Origin: Parasitella parasitica NRRL 2501
Taxonomy: Eukaryota; Fungi; Mucoromycota
Length of the DNA stretch: 64,000 nucleotides
Reading direction: 5' to 3'
NCBI GenBank assembly: GCA_025201805.1
Contig: MU619396.1
Span: 2,162-66,161 of the forward strand
A model generated the notes under the pieces. That model was not told the DNA's origin and did not search any database. It saw nothing but the letters and a program-made list of their open reading frames with translations. Numbering within the stretch: the stretch's first letter is position 1; every line of letters starts with the position of its first letter. The position numbers and the translations under genes were made by a program. This document shows, piece by piece, positions 28,872-40,910 of this stretch.

Positions 28872-29048
28872 TTAAACAGCCAAAAGCTCACCCCAGTTAC
28901 GAAGAAAGACGATAGCACCGGTGAAAACAGTGACAGAGAGGGCAACATTGAGATTTCCTTGACGCTTCTCGGGTGAGAAAAGCTCTGACTTGATAGCTTG
29001 AACAAAAGATGTGCCTTGTTGGCCTTGCTCTAATTGACGTTTATCCAT
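28872..29048 (-). CDS. TOM6: Mitochondrial import receptor subunit Tom6 (58 aa, below the ORF-track cutoff)
   Basis: MDKRQLEQGQQGTSFVQAIKSELFSPEKRQGNLNVALSVTVFTGAIVFLRNWGELLAV*. The C-terminal TM segment with FL..WGELL resembles filamentous-fungal Tom6. Confidence 0.75.
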   Translation of the reverse strand: MDKRQLEQGQQGTSFVQAIKSELFSPEKRQGNLNVALSVTVFTGAIVFLRNWGELLAV

Positions 29049-29222
29049 TTTTGTATGTAGTTTGTGTTGGGAAAGAAGGAAGATTAGCTTAAAAAAATTT
29101 GGACATGGAGGGGTGGCCTACAATCTACTCAAGTCACGTAAACTTCTTTCTAATTGGGCTCTATTCAAGAGAGCATTTATGATATTGTTATCTTCCATTT
29201 TTCAAGCAAGTAAAAAAAAAAA

Positions 29223-29618
29223 ATGCCTATTCTTCGTCCAACTATCCTGCTAAATACTGCTGCAAAAGCTGCATCATTTAGATGTTTTCCTGCCATTACC
29301 AACAGACTTTATTCAGTTAGTGCATCCGACGCTCAAACTCGTATATTAGACGTTGTAAAGGGATTTGAAAAAATCGACCCAAGCAAGGTAGGTAAAAAAA
29401 AAGTGCATATGAACCGTTTGATATTTAGCCAAATAAAATAGGTTACTATTGATTCTGTCTTTATGAAAGATCTTGGTTTAGATAGCCTAGACACTGTTGA
29501 AGTTGTGATGGCGATTGAAGAAGAATTCTCAGTAGAAATTCCTGATAAAGATGCCGATGAAATCAAATCTGTCAAACAAGCAATTAATTACATTACCCAA
29601 AATCCCGATGCACAATAA
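29223..29618 (+). CDS. ACP1: Mitochondrial acyl carrier protein
   Basis: Arg-rich presequence; [20 protein letters not shown] phosphopantetheine motif. One intron. Confidence 0.96.
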
Positions 29619-29854
29619 AAGCTAAAGCACCTAATGGATATAGTGGGTACATTTGGGAGTGTCTCCAAAGATTATAATCACACTCTGATTGTTTAGAACA
29701 AATTACATTGAAAAATATATTAAAAAAAGTAGTAGCACAAAGTATGGTTATGGTACAACAATGCCGTGTTGGGAATCTTCTTTGTGAGCTTTCAAGTAGC
29801 AGACTGCCTAAGGGGGGATAATTTGTATTCTTTTTATTTTCTAGTAAAAACGTT

Positions 29855-31281
29855 TTACACAATTTCTTGAATGACCATATCCTCATCGACATCCTCCTTT
29901 TCCTCTTCAGGTTTGACCTCTGAAATCTCTGCATTATCTTCATCGCGGACCAGCATATCAACAATGCTAACACAGCGCTCTTTGAGATCTGGTTCATTCT
30001 CTTGCAAATCATAACGTTGGATCACACGGTAAACTTGCTTATCACGTAAGTAATTACGACCAAAACGTGTTGAAGTCAATAAAATAATCGAATCTAGTAG
30101 CAATTCACGAAGGGTGTGATCTAGTTCGCGTTTCTACCAGAAAATGGCATTAGGAATAGCGCATTAGCTTCATCTTTTGCTATTACCTTGTCATTGTCCA
30201 GCAATTGAATTTCCTCAGGAAATTGCTCAAATTCTTCCATGTCATATTCCTCATTACCACACAAAGGCAACAAGATGAAGGGTAATACATTGATATCATT
30301 GGGGTCCAAGAGGCGTTCGTGTTCACGAGTTTCAAAGCAACAGTTCTTGATGGCAGAGTCTGCGCCACCACGACGAATGACATGGGGATCTTCGGTGAAG
30401 ATTTGAATTTTCGTAAGTGGTGATAAGTTATCTATTTCAGCTCGCTCAATCAAAAACACACGACCCGAGCGAATGCTAGAAACATTAGAGAATACACTAG
30501 CCAAATAGTGGAATTCAGCTTTAGGATTATATTCCCTTTTGAACCCTTTGTGGAAAGCTTCTACAAGTTGGTCCAACAAACGGGTAGATTCAGATAACCC
30601 TTCAACAGGATCAGCTTGGCTTTGAATAACCCGGACGCATGTTGATTCCAACCTAGTCATATTAGACAAAAGCATACAACCAAAGTCAGCAAGAATAGAT
30701 TTGGGATTCTAGAGTGCGTATACGTTTAGAATCACAAATAGCATATTCACCAAATCACTTACAGTGATCACGTTTCCGATGAAAGTTAAGAAATCCTGGT
30801 CATCCAACTCCTGCTGAACAAGAGGATCACTGGACAAATTGACTAACGCACTAAAAGCGTTGTGAGCAGTAACCTAAAATTACAATGTTAAATAATTAGT
30901 ATGTTGCTGCAGATGAGATTGATGTATCCTGTCAATTCCGTTGTCATGAAATCCAATGCCTCCGCCCCCCACTGCTTTTCTCAATTTACTTACGGCATCT
31001 TCTTTACATAAAGCTTTAAGGTCTTTGCAGACAGCTTGCTTTTGCTTAATTAGCAAATGACGATATTCGTTTCCTTCGGGAGTATAAGGAAGAAGATGAT
31101 GAAGGGCAATAGATCTGACCTAAAACGGCGATTGCCTGTTAATAATGAAACGAAATGTCATGACAGTAATTTACCTGTAAAGAAGGTTGATGCAGGAAGG
31201 GAATAAGCTAGTTTTGACAGTTATTAGCATATCTCCAGATTTACATTGAAGCATAATTACTTCTTTGATTTGAGCGTCCAT
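29855..31281 (-). CDS. HGH1: Hgh1/FAM203 eEF2 chaperone
   Basis: MDAQIKE/LIPFLH..., AFSALVNLS, MLLSNMTR, FHYLASVFSNVS, IRRGGADSAIKNCCF and EEIQLL. Multi-exon. Confidence 0.88.
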
Positions 31282-31643
31282 TGTATATTGGATAGCAATT
31301 TATGAAAAGCAACAAATTTTTCGAAGGGATTGTTCAACCAAGGTTTTAAGGTGACTGTGCTGATGACAAAAAAAAAAAAAAAGTTTCGAAGATGAAAGAA
31401 GGTTTTACAACTTCTGTAATCCATTGCATGTTGCATGCTTAAGAAATTATTTTTGTGGTGTCAAATATTAATACAAAAGAAAAGGAGGGAGGGGAGGTGG
31501 TGGTACATGGACTATTGGAATTGATATTTTATTTCTTGTGTTGATTTATAGATATATTTGTGTGTAGGTGTGTGGGAGCGCCTGGGAGTGTTTGAGTGTG
31601 TGTTTAAATCTATATACATCATTATCTGGGGCATTAAATGTAT

Positions 31644-32087
31644 TTAGGCAGCACCAACGAGGATATTGTTGATGGGAATGTGAATAAGCTATAGACGCGT
31701 AAGAAAACGTTAGCAATGGCCTATTACTACGATATAATACAAAACACAAAGGGGCCGACATTTCATTGGAGATCATTTTCTCTCCAAATCCTCTTTTCTT
31801 TGACCCATACTCTCACCATCCTCTACCAAACTCATGTGTGAAAATAATTACCTTGACGAAATAACCAAGAGCACCCAGAGCAGCAAAACCCATAGCAACA
31901 GCTTGAACAATCTTCAAGTATTCTATACTTGATGTTAAAATTGAAATTGTTTGCGCTGGGAGTGTATTATTATACCTTGTTGATCAGGCTTCTTACAACG
32001 GTTGATGAATTGAAAGCCGTCTTTGAAGAATTGCTTAGGACCTTCGATAACTTGTTGGGCTGTGTCTTTGATATCAGAAGAGCTCAT
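31644..32087 (-). CDS. SSS1: Sec61 translocon gamma subunit
   Basis: FFKDGFQFINRCKKPDQQ/EYLKIVQAVAMGFAALGALGYFVK/LIHIPINNILVGAA*. Confidence 0.96.
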
Positions 32088-32955
32088 TATGTCTTGTTTT
32101 TTGATGAAGGAAAGAAAGGATGATTGGAAAGGAAATTCAAATTGTTGCAAAATAAAGGTGGTTGGTGATATTTCATTGGTTTAACGGCTGTACAGCCAAT
32201 CAGTCTTTGTCAAGTTATATTTGACCCGTCGTTTGATGGTTGTGCTTAAAGGTAGTACAATCCCTTTACTCTCTTTGCGGAGGCCTTTTCTGTAAATGTA
32301 CGTATAGACATGCAAACAAAAGATAAATGTATCTTGTCAGGGCAGGTTGATAAAAATTCGACTCCAACACTAATATTTAATACGGCAAGGTTTTCAAGGC
32401 AATGTGACCATACGAGACATTTAGTGAGCAGACACGCTTTCAAAAGGTATTGCTAAGAAGTTCTATACTAGCGCGCAAGTATTCCAAGACGGGATTATGT
32501 ACGCTGATAAATAATACGTTTGGTTTTGCTAAATATGGATCATAAGGAAATAAAGGTAGCCATGATGGGATGGAAGATTTTATTACAAGCTCTTGGCCTA
32601 TCCAATGCTTGTTTATTTTTGTAACGAAATACTTGGATATAAAATGATCTGCTAGTTCAGAACAAGCAACAGAGGCATTATAGGCTAGATTTACATGTGG
32701 ATATATCGGATGTAAAACAGATAGATAATAGAATAGATAAACAATTTAATATCAAATCGTAAAGTTTTTTGTTACTCAATAATCTTTGCTGAAAAACCGT
32801 TCACATGTAGACATTCATGACACTTTATAATGATTGACCAAACAAGGCAAAAAGTGAAATGCACGCTCCCACCCCTCAAATCTCAATAAATTATGATCTT
32901 TGATATTTCTCTCTCCTTTCTCTCTCTCTTTCTTTCATCTGAATATCATAGAACA

Positions 32956-35032
32956 ATGAGTGAATCAAAGAAAAAACTCGCACATATAAACTATGGCTCC
33001 TTGAGTAAAGACAGTAATGATGCCACTACTATAGTTGATCCAGGGCAGGAAAGATTAAATCAGCTTGGGTATAAACAGGTAAGCACACAACGTCAACATC
33101 TTGATGCCATTTATCGAATATAGTGCATTAGGAATTATCAAGAAGATTGTCGACATTTGCAACGTTTGGTAGTAACTCTAAAACACTGCTGTTTCATATT
33201 TAACCTTAAAATATTTGGACAGGGTTAGCGTTTTCAAACATTGGCATATTATCAAATACATCTGCGACATTTCAAACAGGTACTTTATTTGATGTCATAC
33301 AATGACATAAGATATCGCATTAAACTCTTCCTATCAGTGCTACAAAGAGGCGGCCCTGTGATAATGCTCTTAAGCTGGAACATGGTTGCCATATTTATGA
33401 TGTGCGTAGCGCTATCATTAGCAGAGATATGTTCGTTATATCCAACAAGCGGAGGACTGTATTATTGGGTATACGAGCTGGTAAGCAAACATCCCAAAGG
33501 AAAATCCAAGGCCCCTTTAGCGTAAGGATCATCGATCACGCATAAGATGATGAAACAAGTGATGTCTAACAGTAATTGCTCGAATTAGTGCTTTTGTTAC
33601 TGGTTGGACTTACTCGCTAGCGAACGTAATCTCCATTGGTGCTACCAACGTGACAGTAGGTTCGTTAGAAAGTGTTTCTTTGGTTGTTTGCAAGCACCTT
33701 AACCAACTGTTCCATAGCAATGTCATTGGGATCGATTATCAAATTAGCCTTAGATGTAGACGTACCGAAATCATGTCTGATGATTGTAACTCTTATTATA
33801 ACATTATTGCATGGTTATTTGAACACTCGTGATATGGGTGGTTTGGCAATCTTAAATCAGTGGAGCGTATTTTGGTCATGCACAGGCCTTTTGGTGATTA
33901 TCACGGCACTATCTTGCCTAGCACCACATAGAAATGCATCTTGGGTGTTTACTCACTTTGAAAACCAATCTGGTTTCGAAAATCCTGGCTATGTGCTTGT
34001 TCTTGGTATGATCGGTGCTGCTTATTCGCTATTTGGTATATGTGTACGCAATTAGGCCACGTTGTACAAATGCTAACGTTTGCTTTAAAGGTTGTGAGTG
34101 TGCAGCATCTGTAAATGAAGAGACAAAAGACGCGGATATATCATCTCCATTGTAAGAATGCCTTGCAAGGGCAAGTGAGCGTAGGTGCTGACTTATTGAA
34201 ATAGGGCCATGGTAAGCTCAATTGCAGTGTCTTGGGCGGTAGGATTAGCACTTTTGATCGTTTTATTGTTTTCAATTCAAGACATCGATGCAATTCTCAA
34301 CTCCACGCTTCACATGCCGGTAGCGCAACTATTTTTTGTATGCAGATAAGTGTATGAAGTATCCAGGAAACTTCCATGTAACAAGATTTTTTATCCAGGA
34401 TGCTGTTGGCGTATGGGGAACAATGGGATTCTTAGTTTTGATTGTCGTATGTCAGTTTTGCACAGGTGCAACAACTATTACGATTACTTCAAGACAGATT
34501 TATGCTCTGGCAAGAGACCATGCGGCTCCAATGAGTTCAGATCTCAAGAAAATCAATCCTTACAAATTGCCTGAAAATGCTGTTTGGTTTACTGTAGCTA
34601 TGACATGTCTAGTTGTATTGCCATTCCCTTTATCTGAGCATCTGTTCGAGACGATTGTAAGCGCAACTACTATTACTATTCATTTCAGTTATGGTGGGTG
34701 AGCACAGACGCATAAAATGATATCATGCTGAAACAATTTCTTTTTACACAGCTATGGTGTTGGGATGTCGTCTCATCGCGCCAGATCCAGAAAAGAAAAA
34801 AGGGCGGTTTAATTTGGGTCGATGGAGTCTGCCGATCAATATTGTAGGGTTTTCCTGGGCAGTTTTTGCCGTGTTCGCATTTATTTTGCCTACTTCGTGG
34901 CCAATCACAAGTGATAACTTCAATTATGCTGGTGTTGGGTTAGTTTTGGTGATCATGACAGTTGTATCATTTTGGTCAAGATGGGGAAAATATCACTATG
35001 AAGGTCCAAAGGCTATGACCGATGAGATCTAA
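32956..35032 (+). CDS. APC-family amino acid/GABA/polyamine permease (Uga4/Tpo5/Hnm1-like)
   Basis: Motifs LGYKQEL.R, GGPVIMLLSW, SLAEICSLYPTSGGLYYW, SRQIYALARD and GRFNLGRWS. About 10 short exons. Confidence 0.9.
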
Positions 35033-35247
35033 ATCTTTCAGACATATATTGCGATTTACACCGAATGTATCAATAAAACATATGTAGAGAAATCCACCCC
35101 TTAAAAACTGATTTCCTAAAAAGAAATAACCATGACGATATGCTACAGAATGATGATACAAGACTGCAAATATGTCGAAGTTGTATATACATGACGAGAG
35201 TGATCAAAATTATACTAGTTTATTTACATATTTACATATACAATGTT

Positions 35248-36075
35248 TTATTTTCTAAACGATTTTTTCGAATCTGAAGAACCATTTCTTCGGTGATGTG
35301 GAATATTCTTGAGAGCTGAATTCAATTTTAACATGAACTTCTTAACGCGCTGCTGTTGCTGATGTTCTAATATATCTGGAATACTGCTTTCGCTGACCGG
35401 CCGTGAAATATCAAAGTCTTGTTCGCTGATGGCATATGTAGAAGTTGATCCACTATGTAGCGGAGAAAGAAGAAATGTTCCAGCTTTAGGTGATAACAAG
35501 AATGGACTATTCACAGAATTGGTTGTATTTACTGCTGTGCTGTGTCTTTTGGCAACTGTAGAGACGACTGGCTCTTGGAAGTGTATCATGGATGGAAGAG
35601 GAGGAGAGTTTGCTGAGAATTCTATTTGTTTTGGTGATTCAGTAATAATCTTGGCATCGCCATGTACAGGTGCTCGGCCTAATTTGACTCTAGTCTTTTG
35701 CCACCAAACAGGAGGGCATGTGGTTCCATTCTGCTCGTCATGGACAGAAGGCCTCTGACGAATACTATTCTCCATAGTGCTAAATGTCGGTAAACTAGCT
35801 CTTCTTAATGCCAGTTCTTGTTCTTCTTGGTTCAGTTGAAGATAATCGTCGGATGTCAAGACATTCCTAGATGGAGAAATAGGTACTGATTGAGATCGAC
35901 GTCTATTTCTTGTATTGGTGCTATTGGTAAGCAATTGCTGTGTTGCTAACCCTGATTGAAATACATAATACAGAACAGAACAGATCCAATAAATCTCGGA
36001 CTGAACCAATGCCACACTTATGATAATGTAACTAGGGCTACTCTTGCTTGATTTAGGATGAAGTGTAGACTTCAT
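35248..36075 (-). CDS. Hypothetical protein (275 aa) with an N-terminal hydrophobic segment and a disordered Ser/Pro-rich body
   Basis: Uninterrupted ORF with an A-rich context before the ATG; no recognisable domain. Confidence 0.65.
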   Translation of the reverse strand: MKSTLHPKSSKSSPSYIIISVALVQSEIYWICSVLYYVFQSGLATQQLLTNSTNTRNRRRSQSVPISPSRNVLTSDDYLQLNQEEQELALRRASLPTFSTMENSIRQRPSVHDEQNGTTCPPVWWQKTRVKLGRAPVHGDAKIITESPKQIEFSANSPPLPSMIHFQEPVVSTVAKRHSTAVNTTNSVNSPFLLSPKAGTFLLSPLHSGSTSTYAISEQDFDISRPVSESSIPDILEHQQQQRVKKFMLKLNSALKNIPHHRRNGSSDSKKSFRK

Positions 36076-37550
36076 ATTTTGTAAAGTTTTTATTTCAAAA
36101 GAAAAAGTTTAAATTGAAAGAAGAAGGGAATATTTTACTTTCTGAAGTTTTTGATCTTTAACTCTTTTTATATCTGTTTTTGGTACTCTTTTAAATGTCA
36201 GTGTAGAAAATAAGAATTTTATCATTTTTTTACGGCTTTACACAATCGAGATTAGTCATGATGCTTTATTATTATAAAAGTGATATGAACGGTGTGATGA
36301 GTTGGTCCACTCTACATTTTGACCCGAAAAAAAAAGTTGAAATCAATCAAACATCCACCATTTATCGGAATAAAAATATAGTGGGGGATACACCTCTGAA
36401 CCCTCTCCAGGAATAAAGTCGCCGTCTTTGGTAACATTTGATATCAGACCCAGCAACAGAAAAGTTGTTTATGTTCTACGGTCGTATATATAAATCAAAG
36501 AGATACCGTATGCGGATTGCAATCCTGTGGCGAGATCTTGAGGTCAGGTAATAATCGATGCGGAAAAGTGCTGGGCAATAGTTCATGGATCGGTGCATTT
36601 ACTTTCAAAGAAGGACAATTGCCAGGATTTAAAATACCGGGAGTTAAGAAATTCTTAAACGAAAGCAAGCAAATTGGTTATTGGTAGTGTTCTTTATATC
36701 AGTTGCTCATAATAAATAATTGCTCTTTTCTTTAAATCCATAATCTGATGCCACACAGAAGAAAAAGAGTTCCTTCCTACTTGATTTGCTTTATTCAATG
36801 GTTTTTATCTGAACAATAACTACATATACAATGGCTACAAGATGTGTATACACGCAATATAATGTGGTTACATAATTGCCAGGCTTCTAGTTTTATCTTT
36901 TATTTTCAATAATCCTGTATAGACAGTCGTCAGTCATTCTAAACACAGAGAAATGAAAATTTAATCAATAGAAAAGGATAATACAATACGCAGAGCGTAG
37001 GACACCTTTATTCAGTGTATTTGCAATCCGTAGGGAAAATCATATTTTCTTGCTGTCCGAATGAAAAAATCTTATTAATCAGAATATTAATTCTCGCAAC
37101 TTTTTTTTTTGCTTGCACAATATTATATCAACATCACATCTACAATGTGACGAGCACAACAATAGAGTTGATTAATCCGTCTGGATTTTGAACAAAAACA
37201 TCACCAAATTGAGATGGTTAATATTCTAAATGTATTTTTCTGGAGTTTATGGTAATGAGAATAACCTTAATAAAACATAAAATTTACAAACAAAACAAAA
37301 AAAACTCCTATTTCTAGAAACCAAGATGGACAAATACAATGGCAAATTCAGGGAATAGCTTACAATTAGTACAATATGGTATGAAATTTACTAAATAATA
37401 TTGTTTTCATCCTGTCAATCAAAGTCTACTTTTTTCGCCCTCATCCAACATTTGCCTGAGCATTGCATAATGTATATCACGTGCTTTTGTTCTATCTTTT
37501 ATTAACTAATTAGCTATTATAAAATTTAACATTTTATAAAAATAAGCAGT

Positions 37551-37623
37551 GCCGGGCTAGCTCAATCGGTAGAGCGTGAGACTCTTAATCTCAAGGTTGA
37601 GGGTTCGACCCCCTCGTTCGGCT
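37551..37623 (+). tRNA. tRNA-Lys (anticodon CTT)
   Basis: GCCGGGC/GTTCGGC acceptor stem, D arm GCTCAATCGGTAGAGC, anticodon arm TGAGA-CTCTTAA-TCTCA and T loop GGTTCGACC. A poly(T) Pol III terminator follows. Confidence 0.97.
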
Positions 37624-38102
37624 TAATTTTTTTTAATTTTGAGACAATCGTGAGACGTTTTCAAGTCTCTTCTTTATTTAATAATGTCGACTTTTTTCAA
37701 GTCAACAAACTAGTATAATTAAAAAAAAAAAAAAAACGAAACAAGTATTTATAATCATTTTGCTTATATTATTGTAATTGATATAGATTCAACAGCTAAG
37801 CCCTTAATTACATTGCGATCATACCAGGTTTATAGAACAAACATGAGTACTATCGAAACATAATTGTTTTAAGTTCAATCAACAAATAATAATGAAAAGC
37901 ACACCTTGATGTAAAATGAACGATCCGCTTTTATAATTACATGCTATTAATAAAGTATATTTTGATAATTTTCGAGCTGTGAATACGGCAAAGAATTCAC
38001 AAAATTGAGATAAAAATGGATATATACACACACAATTTATGCATGAACTAGATACAATAAACAATTATGTTTTTGCATGTTGGAAAACAAACAAAATATA
38101 AA

Positions 38103-40173
38103 TTAATCTGTGGTGGACCATTCCCAAGATAATACAGCACTAATAACTGAAAAACCGGTAGCAAATTGGTAGACAGAGACGTAGTTTCCAAACATATCGT
38201 TATTTGGAGAACTGACCAAATACCCCATAAAAAGTACGCCTATTGCTGGGCCTAAGCTGCTGTATAAAGCTGCCATCCCCCCTTTCAATATCATTCTTTT
38301 TTGGTCAGTCAAAATAACAGAATCTACTTGATGCGCGGCTAATAACCAAATGGAATGAAAAGACAGACCTGATGAAATCACTTTAAGTTATACTGTAAAT
38401 ATAACTCTTTATCATGAGCTTACACTGCAAAAATTGTAGAATGAGAACGGCTACTTTGGTCAAGATGAATTCAGGCTGTAACCACGTGTAGGTATATGCG
38501 CATAAAACCAAAACAATGTGTGCAGTTCCGATGATCACTGGAAGCGAGAAACTCTGGATAATCTAGAATATCGTTATATATAAAAGCTACTTGATAATCA
38601 TGACTTTCTGCTGTTCATCTTTCCACCACCCCTCCCCTTTCCTTCTCTGCCTTTCTCTGCGTGAGTTTGTGTATTCAACTATGTATCTCCTTTTCAAAAT
38701 GACCTGGACTCCCTTTTTTCCGCAACCAAGCCTTACCTTAATAACTATTTTACTTGCCAAAAGCTCTGCAGATATGGTAATCAGGCCAATGATGCCAAGA
38801 AGATGCATGGGGAACTTCAAAATATCATGTAAATAGATGTAAAGCAAAGATTGAGTCATTCCGAACACTACGCCCAAACAAAGAATGGAGCATATAAATG
38901 ATTTCAGTATCCATTTTGATTGCTGTTGATGGTGATGTGCTGCTATACTGCATTGATGATAGTAGTCCTCTTCTGCTGCTGTTGCTGTAGTATTTTGTAT
39001 TTGGCTATTTTGGTGATAAGAGTGATGATTTTGATTGTAGCCTGGAACAAGTGTGATAAGTACAATAACTAGGGATTGTACTGGCGGGTACGGGAGTCGA
39101 GCTAGTTCAAATGATGTCGGCGAGTTTTCCAATTCGTAGTTAATTTGATGTGGATTGAATTGCTGTGGAGGATGGAAAGACGGTGGATGATTGGAAGGCA
39201 TGATCGGATGGAAAAAGCAAGCAGAATCCTCATATTCTACTGCAGCTGCAGGTGCAGCAGTGCAAGTTACATGTTGATAATATACATTTGTTGTGTTGTT
39301 TGTGAAATGCGATGATCCACTGCAAACACTAGTGGGCCTTGGCAATGGTCTGATGGATACAGAATTATTCGTTGTTGTCATGCGCTGCAACATGCTCGCA
39401 TCTTCTTCAGAAATATGGGAAAGTTGTTCTCCAAATAAGCTGTACGGTTTATAACAAACATATGAGCTGGATGTTTCTGTTGGCTGTAGAGCATGTTTGG
39501 CTAAGGGTGTCGTTTCATCTATTTCGTTACAAACTATCCCCAATAAACTTAGGTCAGCAGGCTGAACTGTAGTAGACAATGATAGTAGAAACAGGATAAC
39601 AGATCCAATCAATATAGTAACCATTAGCGTATCAAAATCATGGTCATCATCCAATGACCATCCTATGCCCAACGTCATTATCGCAGACACCCACTTTCCA
39701 TATTGTCTCTCTTTACCTTTAGTAACAAGATTGTTAACACGAAATTTATGTATTTTATATGGTATGTGCTCACCATACAATATCTTATAATCACCCAATA
39801 TTTTTATAATGGCACTGTCGATTAAAACCTCTAATGGCTGGTAAAATAACCCGTCAAATATTGACGAGATGATGGCCACAGGTAATGCAGCAATTGTTAT
39901 CCAAGTTGGTGGTACAGATAGAATCAGGAGAATCCCAGCTGTTCCTATTGCGGTCAGAAGACCTGTAAAAACGCCATGCAAAGGTGTTCTATGGTCGACA
40001 AGATCAATCCAGAAAGCAGATGCTGGTACTCGTAGTAGTAATACGCAGGAAGTTAATAAAGAGATTGTTAAGACATCAAATTTTAGCATGTGAATATAGT
40101 ATAGGCACAAGTATGGATGAATACTTGTGGTGGCAGCATGAGCCATTGTCAATAGTTTTGTCCAAAATAGCAT
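38103..40173 (-). CDS. MFS_1_like (MFSD6-type) membrane transporter with a long hydrophilic central loop
   Basis: Two hydrophobic bundles (IHPYLCLYY...IDSAIIKILG...YG.ERQYGKW and SLLYIYLHDILKFP...LYSSLGPAIG) are separated by a long S/T/H/Q/P-rich loop. Introns lie near 39720-39773, 38575-38736 and 38369-38421. Confidence 0.7.
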
Positions 40174-40910
40174 TGCTCTTACGGGAGTATATAAAATATA
40201 GAAAGATAAAGAAAAAAGAGATGTAGAAGGAAAAGAGAGAGAGAGGAAAAAAGAAGAAACTTTGAATATGTATGTATGTGATGGTACATAAATAAATAAA
40301 GAAATACAATTCTCACATTATGTGGAACATGTCAGTCAATTAGTGCAAAGCTTTAGTAGACGTTGACAGGCACAGTCCAGCAGATCAGCATAACAAATGT
40401 GCATATGCAAAAGGCGTGCAATTTCGATGTGTCATCCTTTCCGTTCCAAACGCTAACTTGTATATTATACATTTTCGTATATTTATATCCTGTTTGAGAT
40501 GTTTTCGCAAACCTTAAAAAATTGACGCAAATGACTTGCTATTTTGCTGCATAGTGCTATTTGAAGCTGTTTGCCCCTGAGCCAGAGTCGTAAAAAATAC
40601 AGAAATCAGTGTGCCCCAGCTGTGTATCATTAATGCCGTTAATAGACCTAGTGAAATATTCACAGTGCACAATATGAACAGAAATGTGATATTTGTAGCT
40701 TGAAATCAGTTGTACTCTGTTTTTTTTTTGAGAAATTAAGTCAAGTATACTTTATTAAATTAAATAAATGGCAATAATACATAATAAATTGCATGCAAAA
40801 AGAGAAATCAGGAGAATATATGGTAAATAATAGGTGAAATAGTGCAAGTTTTTTTTCCAGGAAGTGAATGAGGAGATGGGGAAAAAGAATGTGGGCGATA
40901 ATAGTTTTTC

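Noticed and set aside
31689-31851. Unusually long SEC61-gamma intron as a snoRNA host
   Set aside because: No C/D or H/ACA boxes found on the sense strand.
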